Part shown: in pieces, positions 1 to 10,700 of the stretch
Numbering within the stretch: the first letter of the stretch is position 1
Layout: each line of letters opens with the position of its first letter
Assembly (NCBI GenBank): GCA_963803435.1
Contig: CAWDML010000004.1
Location: 263,413 to 327,412 of the forward strand
Length of the DNA stretch: 64,000 bases
Direction of reading: 5' to 3'
Source: an uncultured delta proteobacterium
GTDB taxonomy: Bacteria; Myxococcota; Kuafuiibacteriia; Kuafuiibacteriales; Kuafuiibacteriaceae
The notes under the pieces: generated by a model
Told to the model about the DNA's origin: nothing
The model's database searches: none
The model's input: the letters and a program-made list of their open reading frames with translations, nothing else
Program-made: the position numbers and the translations under genes

Positions 1-254
1 GCCACATTCGGCGCCGATCGATGCTCTTCACGACGAACAAGCATCCGAAACGTTGGGGCGTGGCGCTTCACGATGAGGACTTGGCCGAGGCAATCGTCGA
101 CCGGATTCTTGAACGCGGACGCTTGTTGCGCCTCGACGGCCCGTCGGTGAGAACGAAACACTTGCCCGAAGACGACCTCGTCGAGGAGGTTCAGGACAAC
201 TCAACCGGCAGCAGAATTTCTGGAAAAACGGCAGCAGAGTTTCCGGAACGCACA
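1..254 (+). mobile_element. Right end of an IS21-family insertion sequence
   Basis: IstB C-terminus followed by two imperfect 20-bp direct repeats (206-225, 229-248) and a terminal ...GCACA at 254. TG...CA ends with repeated transposase-binding sites are typical of IS21. The flanking gene is interrupted exactly here. Confidence 0.85.
1..254 (+). CDS. istB: IS21 helper ATPase IstB, C-terminal part (5' end outside window; frame runs through the IS end to a stop at 617)
   Basis: FTTNKHPKRWGVALHDEDLAEAIVDRILERGRLLRLDGPSVR matches the IstB C-terminal signature (TTN...W...D...A.AI.DR......L.G.S.R). Confidence 0.85.
206..248 (+). repeat. IS21 terminal tandem repeats CGGCAGCAGAATTTCTGGAA / CGGCAGCAGAGTTTCCGGAA
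   Basis: Two 20-bp copies, 18/20 identical, 23-bp period, directly inside the terminal CA. Confidence 0.85.
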
Positions 255-641
255 GCTCGGATAGCTCGGTGTGAACACAATCTGGGCCCCTTGGTCCGTG
301 TTCTCCACCCGAAGCCGCAACGTCGGTATCTGCTGGGTCATGTCACGCTGATGCGCCCGCTCCATCTCTGCCATCCGTTGCACGCGGTCCCGGAGGTCCT
401 GGACATCGCCAGTCGTGGTGAACGTCAACGCGACGCCGTTTTCGACGTCGTTGATGCTCACAGTGGTGCCCTTGACCATCATCGGGCACGAGCTTGCGAT
501 ATCGGACGGCTGCTCGGTCCGCTGCTCGTTTTGCTGCCCGACTGGCGCCTCTTGCTCCATCGGCTCTTGCTCGGGCACGTGCCTATGCGACGCACACCCC
601 ACGATCGCGAGACCTAACAACCCGACGAGATGAGTTCTCAT
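255..641 (-). pseudogene. Lipoprotein gene truncated at its 3' end by the IS21 insertion
   Basis: AAGGAGG RBS, then MRTHLVGLLGLAIVGC (lipobox) and a globular region (CPMMVKGTTVSINDVENGVALTFTT). The frame runs into IS sequence after ...FTPSYPS. Confidence 0.7.
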
Positions 642-794
642 GATCATCCTCCTTCGGTCGGAGGATGCAGCCGGCGCACCACCGCGAGCCCCCGTCGCTT
701 CGCCTGGGGTGCCGGGGCGGTCTGGAACGGCTGTTTTGGGCCAGTTGTCGAGATTCCCGAACACTGATAGGGGGCCTGGGCACAAAGAGCAGCG

Positions 795-3300
795 ATGCCG
801 GTGGGAGGTTCCAGGGGCGGTTTCGGCACGATCGCCGACTGGGCGCTGTTCGCGTCGATCGTCGTCGCCCCAGTCGCGGGCGGGAGCGTCCGGCCGGTCA
901 TGCTCCCGATCCTGGCCGCGCTCGGCTTCCTCGCATTCGCTGCGACGCTCGTCGGCCACCACCGCGCCGGGCGAAGCCAGCACGTCTCGCCGCTTACGGT
1001 CGGTCTGCTCGTGGCCGCTGCTCTCACGCTGCTTCAGGTCGTCCCACTCCCGTCGCTCGCTCCTGGCGACTGGTGTCCCCGCATGCTCACGAATTGCGCA
1101 GCTACGTCGGCGCGCTCGAGGGAGCAGTGCCGATCAGCTACGAGGCGGCCGCGACGCTCCGCACCGCCTCACTGCTCGCGCTCTACGCGATGATCGCGCA
1201 CGTCGCGTACGAGCGCGCGTCGACGCGGAACGGGCTTTACCTTCGTGTCGCGCGCACTGGTGGTGGCGGCGATCGCGTCCGGCTGGTGACCGCCGTGCTT
1301 CATCGCGTCACCGGCGCGGACCGGATGCTCGGTCTACTGCACTCGGCCAAGCCGGCTTCGCATCTCATCACCACGTTCGTCGAATCCCAACCATGGTGCC
1401 GGCTTCATGCTGCTCGCCTCGCTCGCCGCTGTGGGGCTTGCGGTCGGGGAGCGGACCCGTCCCGAACGCGTCCGCTATCTGGGAGCCGCGCTGCTCGCTG
1501 CTATCGCGTCGGTGCTCTGCCTGTCGCGCGGCGCTCTCATCGCGCTCTGCATTGGCTTTATTCTCTTCGTGTTTCTCTTGATGCGGCGCGGTGAGGTCTT
1601 CGAGGATCGCCGATCGAATGCTCCCGCCCTGGTCGGGGCCACGATCGCCGTCCTGCTGTGCGTCCTCGCCTGGCAATACACACACTGGCTCAGAGAGTTC
1701 ACTGGAACTGAAGAGGACCCGCTCGGCTTCTCGGGCAAGCTCAACGCGATGCGGGATGCCGGCCCGCTCATCGCGGATCATCCGCTCCTCGGGATCGGAC
1801 GCGGCGCCTACGTCTCCGTCTATCCTGCTTACAAGACGACGCCGCACCAGTTCACGTACACGCATCCAGAGAACGTCGTCGTTCAAGCTCCTCGCTGACT
1901 GGGGCATTCCGCTCGGTGTCGCTGCGGTCGTCGCGCTCGTCTTTGTCATCTATCGTCGTCTCCGCCGCGCACGGAACGTCGCGATTCTCGGAGCGATGAC
2001 CGGCGTGGCTGCGCTCGCGCTGCAAAACCTGGTCGACTTCAACCTCGAGATCCCGGGCGTTGCGCTCCCGGTGGCCGCGATCCTCGGCGCCTCTGGGGTC
2101 ACGGCCGTGAAGGGCCGGCGGTTGTCGATCACGAAGCCGTTGGGCGTGACCTTCGCCGTGCTGCCAGTGCTTCTGCTCGGGGTCGCGCTCGCCGGCACGA
2201 TGGTCACTCCGGATCTCGTCGGCGACCTTCAGTACGCGCAGGCGAAGGCGTGGAGCGCAGATCCCGACGCGCTCGCGGAGCTCGACCCGGTGGCGAAGAG
2301 GCATCCTGCAAATCCGGTCGTCTCCGCCCGCATCGCCTACGCCGCCGAGACCCACGATCCGCCCGATCTCAAGGCCGCGCTGCGGTGGGCGAATCGAACG
2401 ATGTACCTCGCTCCGACCTACGCGGACGGCCACGTTGTCACCGGTCGTTTGTTGCTCCAGTTCGGCTATCGAGATCAAGCGTTCGCGGAGATGCGCCAGG
2501 CGTGGAGCATGACGGACGAGCTCGACGGCGAGCGGATCATCTCCCAGGTTGTTCAGCTGGCACGTACCGTCGACGAGATCCGGCGTGCGGTCCCACGCCG
2601 CGACTCCGTGATGGACGAGCCCGACGAGAAACAGCTCGCGCTGGTGGCGCTCTTCCTGATCCGTCAGGATCGAACGGAGTGGGCGGAGCAGCTCCTGGAC
2701 TCGGTCGGACCCATTGAGTCGGTCCCCCCTTCGAGCCTCGGTCCGCTCGCGACCGCAGCGCTGCGTGTCGGCAACTATGCTCTCGCCGAGCGAGCGCTCA
2801 CACGGAGCAGCCGTGTCGCTCCTGGTGAAGCTGCGACCCTGGAGGGCCTGCTCGAGGTCCTCGTTCACAAGAACGACCTGGACGCCGCGCGAGCGCTGAT
2901 CGCCGAGGCCCTGGGAGTTCGCGACATCGATCCCTCGCCCTTCCTCCGCGCACGCCTCGAGCTGGCGCTCCAGTCGAATCACCTCGAAGAAGCCCGCGAG
3001 ACGCTGGGCGAAATGCAGCGGAGGCTGTCTCCGACCCAACAGAACCAGGTGCTGCTGGCGCGGATGCAAAGCCGAATCGAGCTCCGCGACAACCACCCGA
3101 TGGCGGCGGTTCACGCGATGGACGATGCGATTCGCCTCGCCCCGGGTCGCGCCGAGCTCCGCGTCGAACGGGCTCGCCTTCTCCTTCGGGTCGGGAAGCG
3201 CGAGCGGGCCCGAATCGACGCCAAGGCCGCGCTCGACCTTGCCCCGAACAACGGCTCCGCCAAGGCCATCCTGGATCGTTTGCCCGAGAAGGTGCCGTAG
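795..3300 (+). CDS. O-antigen ligase/Wzy-like membrane protein with C-terminal TPR domain (several frameshifts)
   Basis: Multiple TM helices spread over ORFs 795..1193, 665..1594, 1407..1898 and 1591..3300. Wzy_C-like motifs SRG, HPLLGIGRGAY and THPENVV..L.DWG. Helical TPR-like C-terminus. Directly upstream of wzc. Confidence 0.75.
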
Positions 3301-3308
3301 ATCCGAGC

Positions 3309-3324
3309 TGGTATGGGTTTCGCT
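3309..3324 (+). promoter_or_regulatory. Candidate sigma-54 (-24/-12) promoter upstream of wzc
   Basis: TGGTATGGGTTTCGCT: GG-N10-GC spacing, intergenic, about 90 bp before the AGGAGG RBS and GTG start. Confidence 0.4.
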
Positions 3325-3411
3325 TGCGCTTCTCGAACTGCCAAAGTACGAGCGAGCTCGTCCAAGGTGAACGCTGCCAACGGCGTGCGGCACCAGACCT
3401 AGGAGGTTTTC

Positions 3412-5601
3412 GTGCGCGACAGCGAGCGACTTAGCGGCGTTGCACCCAGGTCGGAGGGTCCGCTGTTTGCTTTGGACCCCCAGGACGTTCTCCGGGCGAT
3501 CCGACGCCGGCCCTGGGTGTTGATCGTCTCGATCCTGGCCACGGCGGCGATCTTCTGGGGCGTCTCGGTTCGACAGAAGAAAGTCTACCAGGCCGCCGCC
3601 GCCGTCGTCCTCGATCCGTCGCTCCCCAAGGTCCTGGGCGAGGGCTTCGACGTCGAGAACAATGAAGCGCGAGGCGGGGCGCAAGAGACCTTCTTCAACA
3701 CCCAGTACAAGATCATGACCAGCCGCGCGGTCCTCCGCGAAGTGATCTCGAGGCTGAAGCTCCAGGACGACGAGAAGTTTCGCGAAGACTACGGGATCCA
3801 GAACGCGCAGTACCCGATGAAGGCGCTGGAGCGCATCCTCCCCGCGCTGGTCGAAGTCCTCCCGGAACAGAAGACCAACATCGTACGGGTGGTGGTCGAG
3901 GACTACGACGCCGATCGGGCGGCCCGGATCGCCAACGCGCTGGCTCAGGCCTACATCGATCAGAGCCTGGAGCGGAGGCTCTCGAACACGCGCAACGCCT
4001 CGAAGTGGTTGGATCAGCGTGTCGACGAGTTTGCCAAGAAGCTCGACGAGTCCCAGGAGAAGCTATTCGAGTTCAAGAAGAGCAACATGCTCGTCTCCGT
4101 GTCCGTCGAGGACCGCAAGAACATGACGACGGCCAACCTGCAGGCGCTCAACGGCAAGCTGCTGCTCGTGAGAGAGAAGCTCCTCGAGTTCGAAGCCGAG
4201 CGCACGGTGATCGAGTCTGCCACGGTCGCCATCACGGCGGTCCCGCGCGTCCGAGATAACGAGGTCGTCAATTCCCTGAAGGCGGCGCTGCTCGACCTGG
4301 AGCGAAAGCGCGCCGATCTCTCTAGCCGCTACGGTGCGAAGCACCCGAACATGCTCGCGATCCAGAATCAAATTGATCAGGTAAAGGGGTGCCTGGACAA
4401 CGAGATCAAAACCATCGTCGGCACACTCGACAACGAGATCATGGAGCAGAAGGATACGATCTCGCGAATTCAGGTGGAGATGCGCTCCGAGACGCAGCTC
4501 GCGATGGAGCTCAACAACCTCGCTCTCGAGTACTCGAAGCTCAGCCGCGATGTAGGTACGAACCAAGAGACCTACCAGAGCTTGCTCAAACGGCAAACGG
4601 AGACGGATCTCTCCGGTTTGCTCGAGTCCAACTTCGTGCGCTGGCTGGAGACGGCAGAGCCGCGCTCGTCACCGATCCGGCCGTCGGTGCCCCTCAACAC
4701 GGTGCTTGGCGCGATCCTCGGTCTGTTGATTGCGCTCGCCCTGGCCGTCGGCGAGGTCCTCCTCGACAACACGGTGCACAGCCAGAACGACGTTGAAGAG
4801 CGGCTCGGACAGGTGCTGCTCGGGCTCGTCCCAGCGATCGATCCTCAGCAGCTCCAGCCTGCCAGCAATGAGCGCGGCGTCATGCGAGCCCGTGACCTCC
4901 ACGTGCACGATGATCCGAGGAGCTCGGTGGCGGAGTGCGCGCGCTCGATCCGCACGAATCTAATGTTCATCGACAGCGCGGACAAGCAGCGGAAGCTGAA
5001 CCGCATCCTCCTGACGAGCCCGCATCCGGCCGAGGGCAAGTCGATGACGGCGATCATTCTTGGCACCATCATGGCGCAAGCGGGCAATCGAACCTTGATC
5101 ATCGATACCGATCTGCGACGCCCCCGGCTTCACAAGACGTTCGGCGTCTCATCGGAGCAGGGCGTGACCTCCGTTCTCCTGGGCACGTCGACGCTCAAGG
5201 ACGCGATCAAGAAGACCGAGGTCGTCGGCCTCGATGTGCTCCCTTGCGGCCCGCTGCCGCCGAACCCCGCCGAGCTCCTTCACAGCGATGACTTCGAGAA
5301 GATGCTCCAAGAGGCCCAGCTGCACTACGATCGGATCTTGCTCGATTCTCCTCCGGTCAACGCAGTCACGGATCCGATCATTCTCTCGAAGCTGGTCGAC
5401 GGGACGATCTTGGTGGTGAAGTCCGCGAAGACGACCAAAGAGGCCGCCCGCCGCGCACTCCGTCAGCTGGGCGACGTAGGTGCCAACATGCTCGGCGTGG
5501 TGCTGAACGACGTCGATTTCAAGGACGGCAGCTACTACTACAACTACTACTACTACTACAAACGCGGCTACGGCTCCGAGGACAAGACCGCCGAGGCCTG
5601 A
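3412..5601 (+). CDS. wzc: Polysaccharide co-polymerase / BY tyrosine kinase
   Basis: Two TMs flanking a coiled-coil periplasmic region. Walker A TSPHPAEGKS, IIDTDLRRP, ILLDSPP, C-terminal Tyr cluster YYYNYYYYYKRGY. Confidence 0.95.
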   Translation: MRDSERLSGVAPRSEGPLFALDPQDVLRAIRRRPWVLIVSILATAAIFWGVSVRQKKVYQAAAAVVLDPSLPKVLGEGFDVENNEARGGAQETFFNTQYKIMTSRAVLREVISRLKLQDDEKFREDYGIQNAQYPMKALERILPALVEVLPEQKTNIVRVVVEDYDADRAARIANALAQAYIDQSLERRLSNTRNASKWLDQRVDEFAKKLDESQEKLFEFKKSNMLVSVSVEDRKNMTTANLQALNGKLLLVREKLLEFEAERTVIESATVAITAVPRVRDNEVVNSLKAALLDLERKRADLSSRYGAKHPNMLAIQNQIDQVKGCLDNEIKTIVGTLDNEIMEQKDTISRIQVEMRSETQLAMELNNLALEYSKLSRDVGTNQETYQSLLKRQTETDLSGLLESNFVRWLETAEPRSSPIRPSVPLNTVLGAILGLLIALALAVGEVLLDNTVHSQNDVEERLGQVLLGLVPAIDPQQLQPASNERGVMRARDLHVHDDPRSSVAECARSIRTNLMFIDSADKQRKLNRILLTSPHPAEGKSMTAIILGTIMAQAGNRTLIIDTDLRRPRLHKTFGVSSEQGVTSVLLGTSTLKDAIKKTEVVGLDVLPCGPLPPNPAELLHSDDFEKMLQEAQLHYDRILLDSPPVNAVTDPIILSKLVDGTILVVKSAKTTKEAARRALRQLGDVGANMLGVVLNDVDFKDGSYYYNYYYYYKRGYGSEDKTAEA

Positions 5602-5603
5602 CC

Positions 5604-6812
5604 TCAGCTCACGTAGCCTTCCGAGTGGAGGTACGCGAGGACCCGCTCCGCGGCGCCATCTCGAGACAACTTCGAAGTGTCGATCACGACCTCTGCATCG
5701 CTGGGTGCTTCATACGGATCGTCGATTCCAGTGAACCCCTTGATCTCGCCCCGCCTGGCCTTCGCGTACAGCCCCTTGCGGTCGCGTTGCTCGCACTCCT
5801 CGAGCGGCGTCGAGACGTGGACCAACACGAACGCACCGTAGGCCTCGACCATCTTGCGCACGCGCTTGCGCGTACCGTCATAGGGGGCGATTGGAGCGCA
5901 GAGGGCGATGCCGCCGTGCTTGGTGATCTCGGACGCGACGAACCCGATCCGGACGATGTTCGTGTCGCGATCCTCCTTCGAGAATCCCAAGCCCTTGCTC
6001 AGGTGCGTCCGGACGATGTCGCCGTCGAGGAAGGTGACACGCCGATGCCCACACTCCCTCAGCTTGGCCCTCAGGACGTTTCCCACGGTCGACTTGCCGG
6101 ATCCGGAGAGCCCCGTGAAGAAGACCGTCACGCCGCGGAGTGAGCGGACCGGATGTGCGCGCCGAAGCACGACCTCGACCTCGTCGAACGTGAATCCTTG
6201 AGGGAAGGGCGAGCCGTGGTCGAGAAGGGCCTCGATCTTCGACAGTGTGAGGTCCGCGGGGACCTCGCTCGGCACGACGAAGTGCGCAGCGCCCAGGTTG
6301 CGGGCGATGGTCGCGTCGAGGTCGTTCGCCGCCGAAAGGGGCGCCAGGTACAGCCGGGCCTCGGGAGCGTGCTGCATGGCGGCGAGCAGCGCGCGGATGC
6401 GGACGTGGTAGTCCTCCCCGGCCGAGTCGCCGATGATCAGGAGCCGGGCCTGATGCTTCCGAGCGCGATCGAGAAGATAGTCGAGCTCCGACCGATGGAT
6501 GGGTTGTCGCGCCGGAAACGCCAGGAGGGGCCCCTCGTCCGAACGTGGTCGCCGACGCTGTTCGAGGAAGTCGTAACGGCGGATCGGATCGACGGCCTCG
6601 AGCCGATCCTCGTCCAGCACGGCGAGGAGGACGCCCTCAGGATCCCGGAGCGCGAGCGGACGCGGGCCAGGGAAGCGGTCCAGGAACGAAGCGCCGAGAT
6701 CCTCCTGCGTGAGAAGCTCCGAGAAGAGGAGCTCCAAAAGGTCGACGTCTTGGCTCGAGAGTACAAGCTCCGGCAGCGTCGCTGACCGTAGATTGCTTCT
6801 GGCTTCGTTCAC
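5604..6812 (-). CDS. cysC: Adenylylsulfate (APS) kinase with a degenerate N-terminal ATP-sulfurylase (Sat) remnant
   Basis: FFTGLSGSGKST, LDGDIVR, RDRKGLY, FTGIDDPYEAP. The N-terminus keeps Sat-like LRDPEGVLLAVL and RQPIHRSE. Confidence 0.9.
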   Translation of the reverse strand: MNEARSNLRSATLPELVLSSQDVDLLELLFSELLTQEDLGASFLDRFPGPRPLALRDPEGVLLAVLDEDRLEAVDPIRRYDFLEQRRRPRSDEGPLLAFPARQPIHRSELDYLLDRARKHQARLLIIGDSAGEDYHVRIRALLAAMQHAPEARLYLAPLSAANDLDATIARNLGAAHFVVPSEVPADLTLSKIEALLDHGSPFPQGFTFDEVEVVLRRAHPVRSLRGVTVFFTGLSGSGKSTVGNVLRAKLRECGHRRVTFLDGDIVRTHLSKGLGFSKEDRDTNIVRIGFVASEITKHGGIALCAPIAPYDGTRKRVRKMVEAYGAFVLVHVSTPLEECEQRDRKGLYAKARRGEIKGFTGIDDPYEAPSDAEVVIDTSKLSRDGAAERVLAYLHSEGYVS

Positions 6813-6836
6813 GAAGCGCAGGCTAGCACGCCGGAC

Positions 6837-7700
6837 TCAGGCCGCCAGCTCCAACTCGATCCAGTGCTGGCGCCACAATCGCGGGAGCCCCCGGATGACG
6901 GCTCTCTCCATCTGCGCGACCCCGAGGGCGAGCGCGTTGGTGCCCCGAACCGCGACCTCTGACGCTCTTCTCCACGGAAGCGACGGCACCGAGTCGATGG
7001 CTCGCTCGATCGTTCGCTTCCAGGCGCTCGAGGCCGGCCCCTCGATCCCTGCGATCTCGACGACGCGTGCGCGATCTCCCAGGGCGCCGAGGATCAACTC
7101 CAAGCGATCGCTGCGGATAGTCATCGCAGCGCGCCCTCGAGGCCGGAGCGCTGCGATGAGGCTCTGAGCGACCTCGGGAAGTAGCTCGTCCGGGAGGTGA
7201 TTGAGCGTGTTGGTGGAGACGACCGCGTCCACGCTCCCGGGCCGAAGCGGGAGCCGTCGGATATCGGCGATGACCGCGAACGGAACCCGTCCGAGCCGGC
7301 GCGCCCGCTGGATCCGCGCCACCGACAGGTCCATGGGGATGTAGCGGAGGTGACGATAGAGGCCGAAGAACTCCGCCTCGCCCGACGCGATCTCGGCGAC
7401 CACGTCCCCTTCCGGCAGCGAGGCGAGGAATCGACCGAGCAGGCGCCGAAAGCCGGCCTGGCTCGGGCGAAGGACCTCGTTCCTTCCTGGGGGCGTGGTC
7501 GGATACCGATCGCCGTGCGTGGCCAGCTCGCCGTCGTCAAAGGCGAGATCGATGATCCCGTCTTCGAGCCGGACCTTCGCTCCGTCCGCGGTCGCGAGCC
7601 CCTCGGAGCTCCAAGTCAGCGGTTCGCTCGAGCCTGGACGTCGCAGCACCCCCAACGCCCAGTTGGGGATGTGCGGTGCTTCTTGATCGGCCATGACCAA
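6837..7700 (-). CDS. Class I SAM-dependent methyltransferase
   Basis: VAEIASGEAEF (motif I), MDLS, ADIRRLPLRPGSVDAVVSTNTLNHL, LRPRG. Confidence 0.8.
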   Translation of the reverse strand: MVMADQEAPHIPNWALGVLRRPGSSEPLTWSSEGLATADGAKVRLEDGIIDLAFDDGELATHGDRYPTTPPGRNEVLRPSQAGFRRLLGRFLASLPEGDVVAEIASGEAEFFGLYRHLRYIPMDLSVARIQRARRLGRVPFAVIADIRRLPLRPGSVDAVVSTNTLNHLPDELLPEVAQSLIAALRPRGRAAMTIRSDRLELILGALGDRARVVEIAGIEGPASSAWKRTIERAIDSVPSLPWRRASEVAVRGTNALALGVAQMERAVIRGLPRLWRQHWIELELAA

Positions 7701-7702
7701 GG

Positions 7703-10700
7703 CTAAGGCACGGTGACGCGCCTCGCGCGAACGCGAACGCTCGAGGAGGCGGCGACGAATCGCTGATACGCGACCAACGTATCCGTCGCGTTGCGGGCGC
7801 CGATGGCGGGCTCATCCTCGTTGCCGGGATCGTTCGACACGATGAACGCAGCGCCGCTGGGGAGGCCACCCTGGGTGAAGTTCCCGCCGTACAGGTCGAC
7901 GTCGGGGCTCCCGAGCGCGACCTCCTGCCGGTAAACCATGAAATGGGCGCCGCCGACCGCGACGAGCGCCGGGTTGTAGCTGTCCAAGGGGCCGGTCACC
8001 ATCGCGATGCTCCCTGGGTTGGCCGTCACGCCCGTCGTGAAGATCCGCGTACCGTAGATGTCGTAGTTCATCGGATCCGACCGGGTGTCGGTCCACGCCG
8101 CGAACCACGTCGTCCCGTTGAACACTACCGTCGGGCTGGTCTGCGCGTTCGCCGCGTTCGTGACCAGCTGCTCCGGCGAGAGCGTGCCGTTACGAATGAA
8201 CCGGCGGGAGTAGATGTCCTCGCCACCCGCGACGCCCGAGCGCCGGTCGTCCCATACGACGATCCAGTTGACGTTGTCCGAGGCGACGTCGGGACGCCTC
8301 TGATCGTTGGCGGCGTTGGCGATGACCACGCCGTTCCCATCCATCAGCGTCCCGTTGTTCCGCACACGGCCGGCGTAGATGTCCCAGTTGGTTCCGCTCC
8401 TGCGATCCTGCCAGGCGACCAGGAAGGCCTGCGCGGCCGCATGCGCGTTGTAGGCGACCTTCGGGAAGTTCTGATCCTCGGCGCCCGTCGCGATCGGGAA
8501 GCCGCTGCCGTCGAGCACTTGGTAGTTGCTGTCGACGCGCGTCCCGAAGATGTCCCAGTTGCCGTTTCTGCGATCCGCCCAGACCACCAGGAACTGCGTT
8601 CCGTTCCAGGCGATGTCGGGGGCGGACTGATTACCGACCGCGTTGCAGATCGTCCGTCCGCCGTTCGGATCCAGCACCGTGCCGTCGTTGTTCACGCGGA
8701 CGGCGCGGATGTTGAGGTTACCTGCTCCGTTCAGCTGACTGTCGGAGTAGACGACGAAGTACCGAGTTCCGTCGTGCGCGATCGCGGCCGAGGTCTGGCG
8801 GCCCTGCGCCAGGGCCAGCACGGTGCCCGTCGAGTTCGTGACGCCACCGTTCGCATTGACCTGGGTCGCCTGGATGTCGAAGCGACCGTCAACCTCCCGT
8901 CGATTGTCCTGCCACGTGACCAGCGATCGGCTCGCGCCAAAAGCGATCGCCGGAGCCAGTTGGTCGTTGACGCCTCCGCTGTACAGGCGACCCGTCGCGT
9001 CGAGGACGACGCCGGCCGTCGAGAGCCGGGCGCCGTAGACATCGCTCGTCGTCCCGTCTCCACCGCGAAGATCCTGCCACGCGACGAGAAACTGATTGTT
9101 CACGGAGTCGAAGGTGATGGACGGGATCGTCTGGTTTCGGATGGCTCCCGTGACAAGGATGCCGTTCGTCATCACGTCGAGGCTGGTTCCGTCGGCGGCA
9201 GCCACGCGTCCTGCATAGATGTCGAAGTTGCCCGCGCGCGAGTCCTGCCAGACGGCCACGTAGTTCGCGGTCCCGTCATAGGCGACGTCGCAGCGCGAAT
9301 CGCGCCCTTGCCGATTCGTCTTGAGCGCGATGTTGCTGATGTCGATGGTGCCGGCGAACGGATCGAAGCGTCGGGCCACCGGATCTTCGTTCGGCGGATT
9401 CCCGTCCTGCCAGCAGAAGAGGCAGTTGGTGCCGTTGCAAGCGACCGCAGGGAAGCGCTCCGCCGTCAGTCCGTCGTCGATGGAGAATCCGTTTCCGTCG
9501 AGCCGGTTCCCGCCGCCGTCGATGCGGCCGGCGTAGACGGCGTCGATTCCGCTTCGACGGTCCTGCCAGGTCACGACGAAGGTATCGCCCGCTCCGGCCC
9601 AGGCGACGTCGGGCTCCACCTGATTGTCCGCCGCGTTCGAGATGACGAAGTCCGGAGACACGACCCCGGCGGTGTCCACGAGCGCCCCCCGAATATCGTA
9701 GTTTCCGGCGCCGCTGCCCGTGCGGCTGTCGGCCCAGACCACGAGGTAACGCGATCCGTTGAACGCGACGGCCGGCGCCACCTGGTCGTAGTTGGCGGTA
9801 CAGATCGGGATGCTGACGGTCTCGATCGGATTGCCGTTGGCATCGACCCGGGTCCCGTAGATGTCCTTCGAGATGAGCGTTCGGAGGTCGCTCCAAACGA
9901 CGAGCCAGTTCGTGCCGTCGAACGCGACCGCGGGCGTCTCCTCGTCCGTGACGGAGGGGCCAACGCCCGCGAGGGTGAGACCGAACTCGGCGAAGATGGT
10001 CGGATCCAGGATCGCGGGATAGACGCTCTCGTCGACCGTCTTCCGCGGCACCGTCAGCACGAGGTCTCCGTCCTCGAACTCGACCGGAACCTCGGTCTCC
10101 TGGGCGGCGCCGTCGATCCACGTCGCCAAGCCGTACCGGATCCCCATCCGGGTCGTCTCGTCGGCGAAGTGGTGTCCTTCTTCGCTCTGCCCGACGTACG
10201 CCAGACCATCGAGATGAACGCGGATCTCCAGATTTCCCTGGCCCGCAGGTGCTGCGTCGAATAGCCACAGCTGCTCGACGCCGGCTTCGCGGTTGATGAA
10301 CTGCTCTTGGGCTACGCTCCGCTCGATCTGGATCGTCCCCTCGATCGCCGAGGTCCGGGGCGCGCCCAGATCGAACGAGACGTCCCGGGAGATCGCGACC
10401 GTCTCGAGCCGGACTGCGGGACCTTCGATCGTTCGGGCCGGCTCGCCCGACTCCGCGTCGGTGGTCACGTGATGTCGAGGTGTTATCTCGACGACCCCGT
10501 CTCGACTGCGCACGCCGTAGGTCGGGCGTGCGGCGACCAGCGCGCCATCGCGCTCACGATAGCTCTGCCGGAGTCGCGTGGTCAGCGTGTCGAGATCGAA
10601 GGAGGGCGTGACGGCCGCGGATCCATCTTCGATCGAAAGGGGCTCCTGGGCTGTCGAGGCGTCGGGACCGCAACCTGCCACCGAGAGCAACACAACCACA

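Noticed and set aside
206-248. CRISPR-like repeat
   Set aside because: Only two copies with a 3-bp gap; explained as IS21 end repeats. No array or cas genes seen in the window.
5533-5559. (TAC)n microsatellite as a phase-variation tract
   Set aside because: It encodes the normal Wzc C-terminal tyrosine cluster, and triplet changes would not shift the frame.
7943-10264. Long antisense ORFs (also 1852..3684, 39682..41316, 61740..63464 and others)
   Set aside because: Shadow ORFs expected opposite high-GC3 genes; no motifs.
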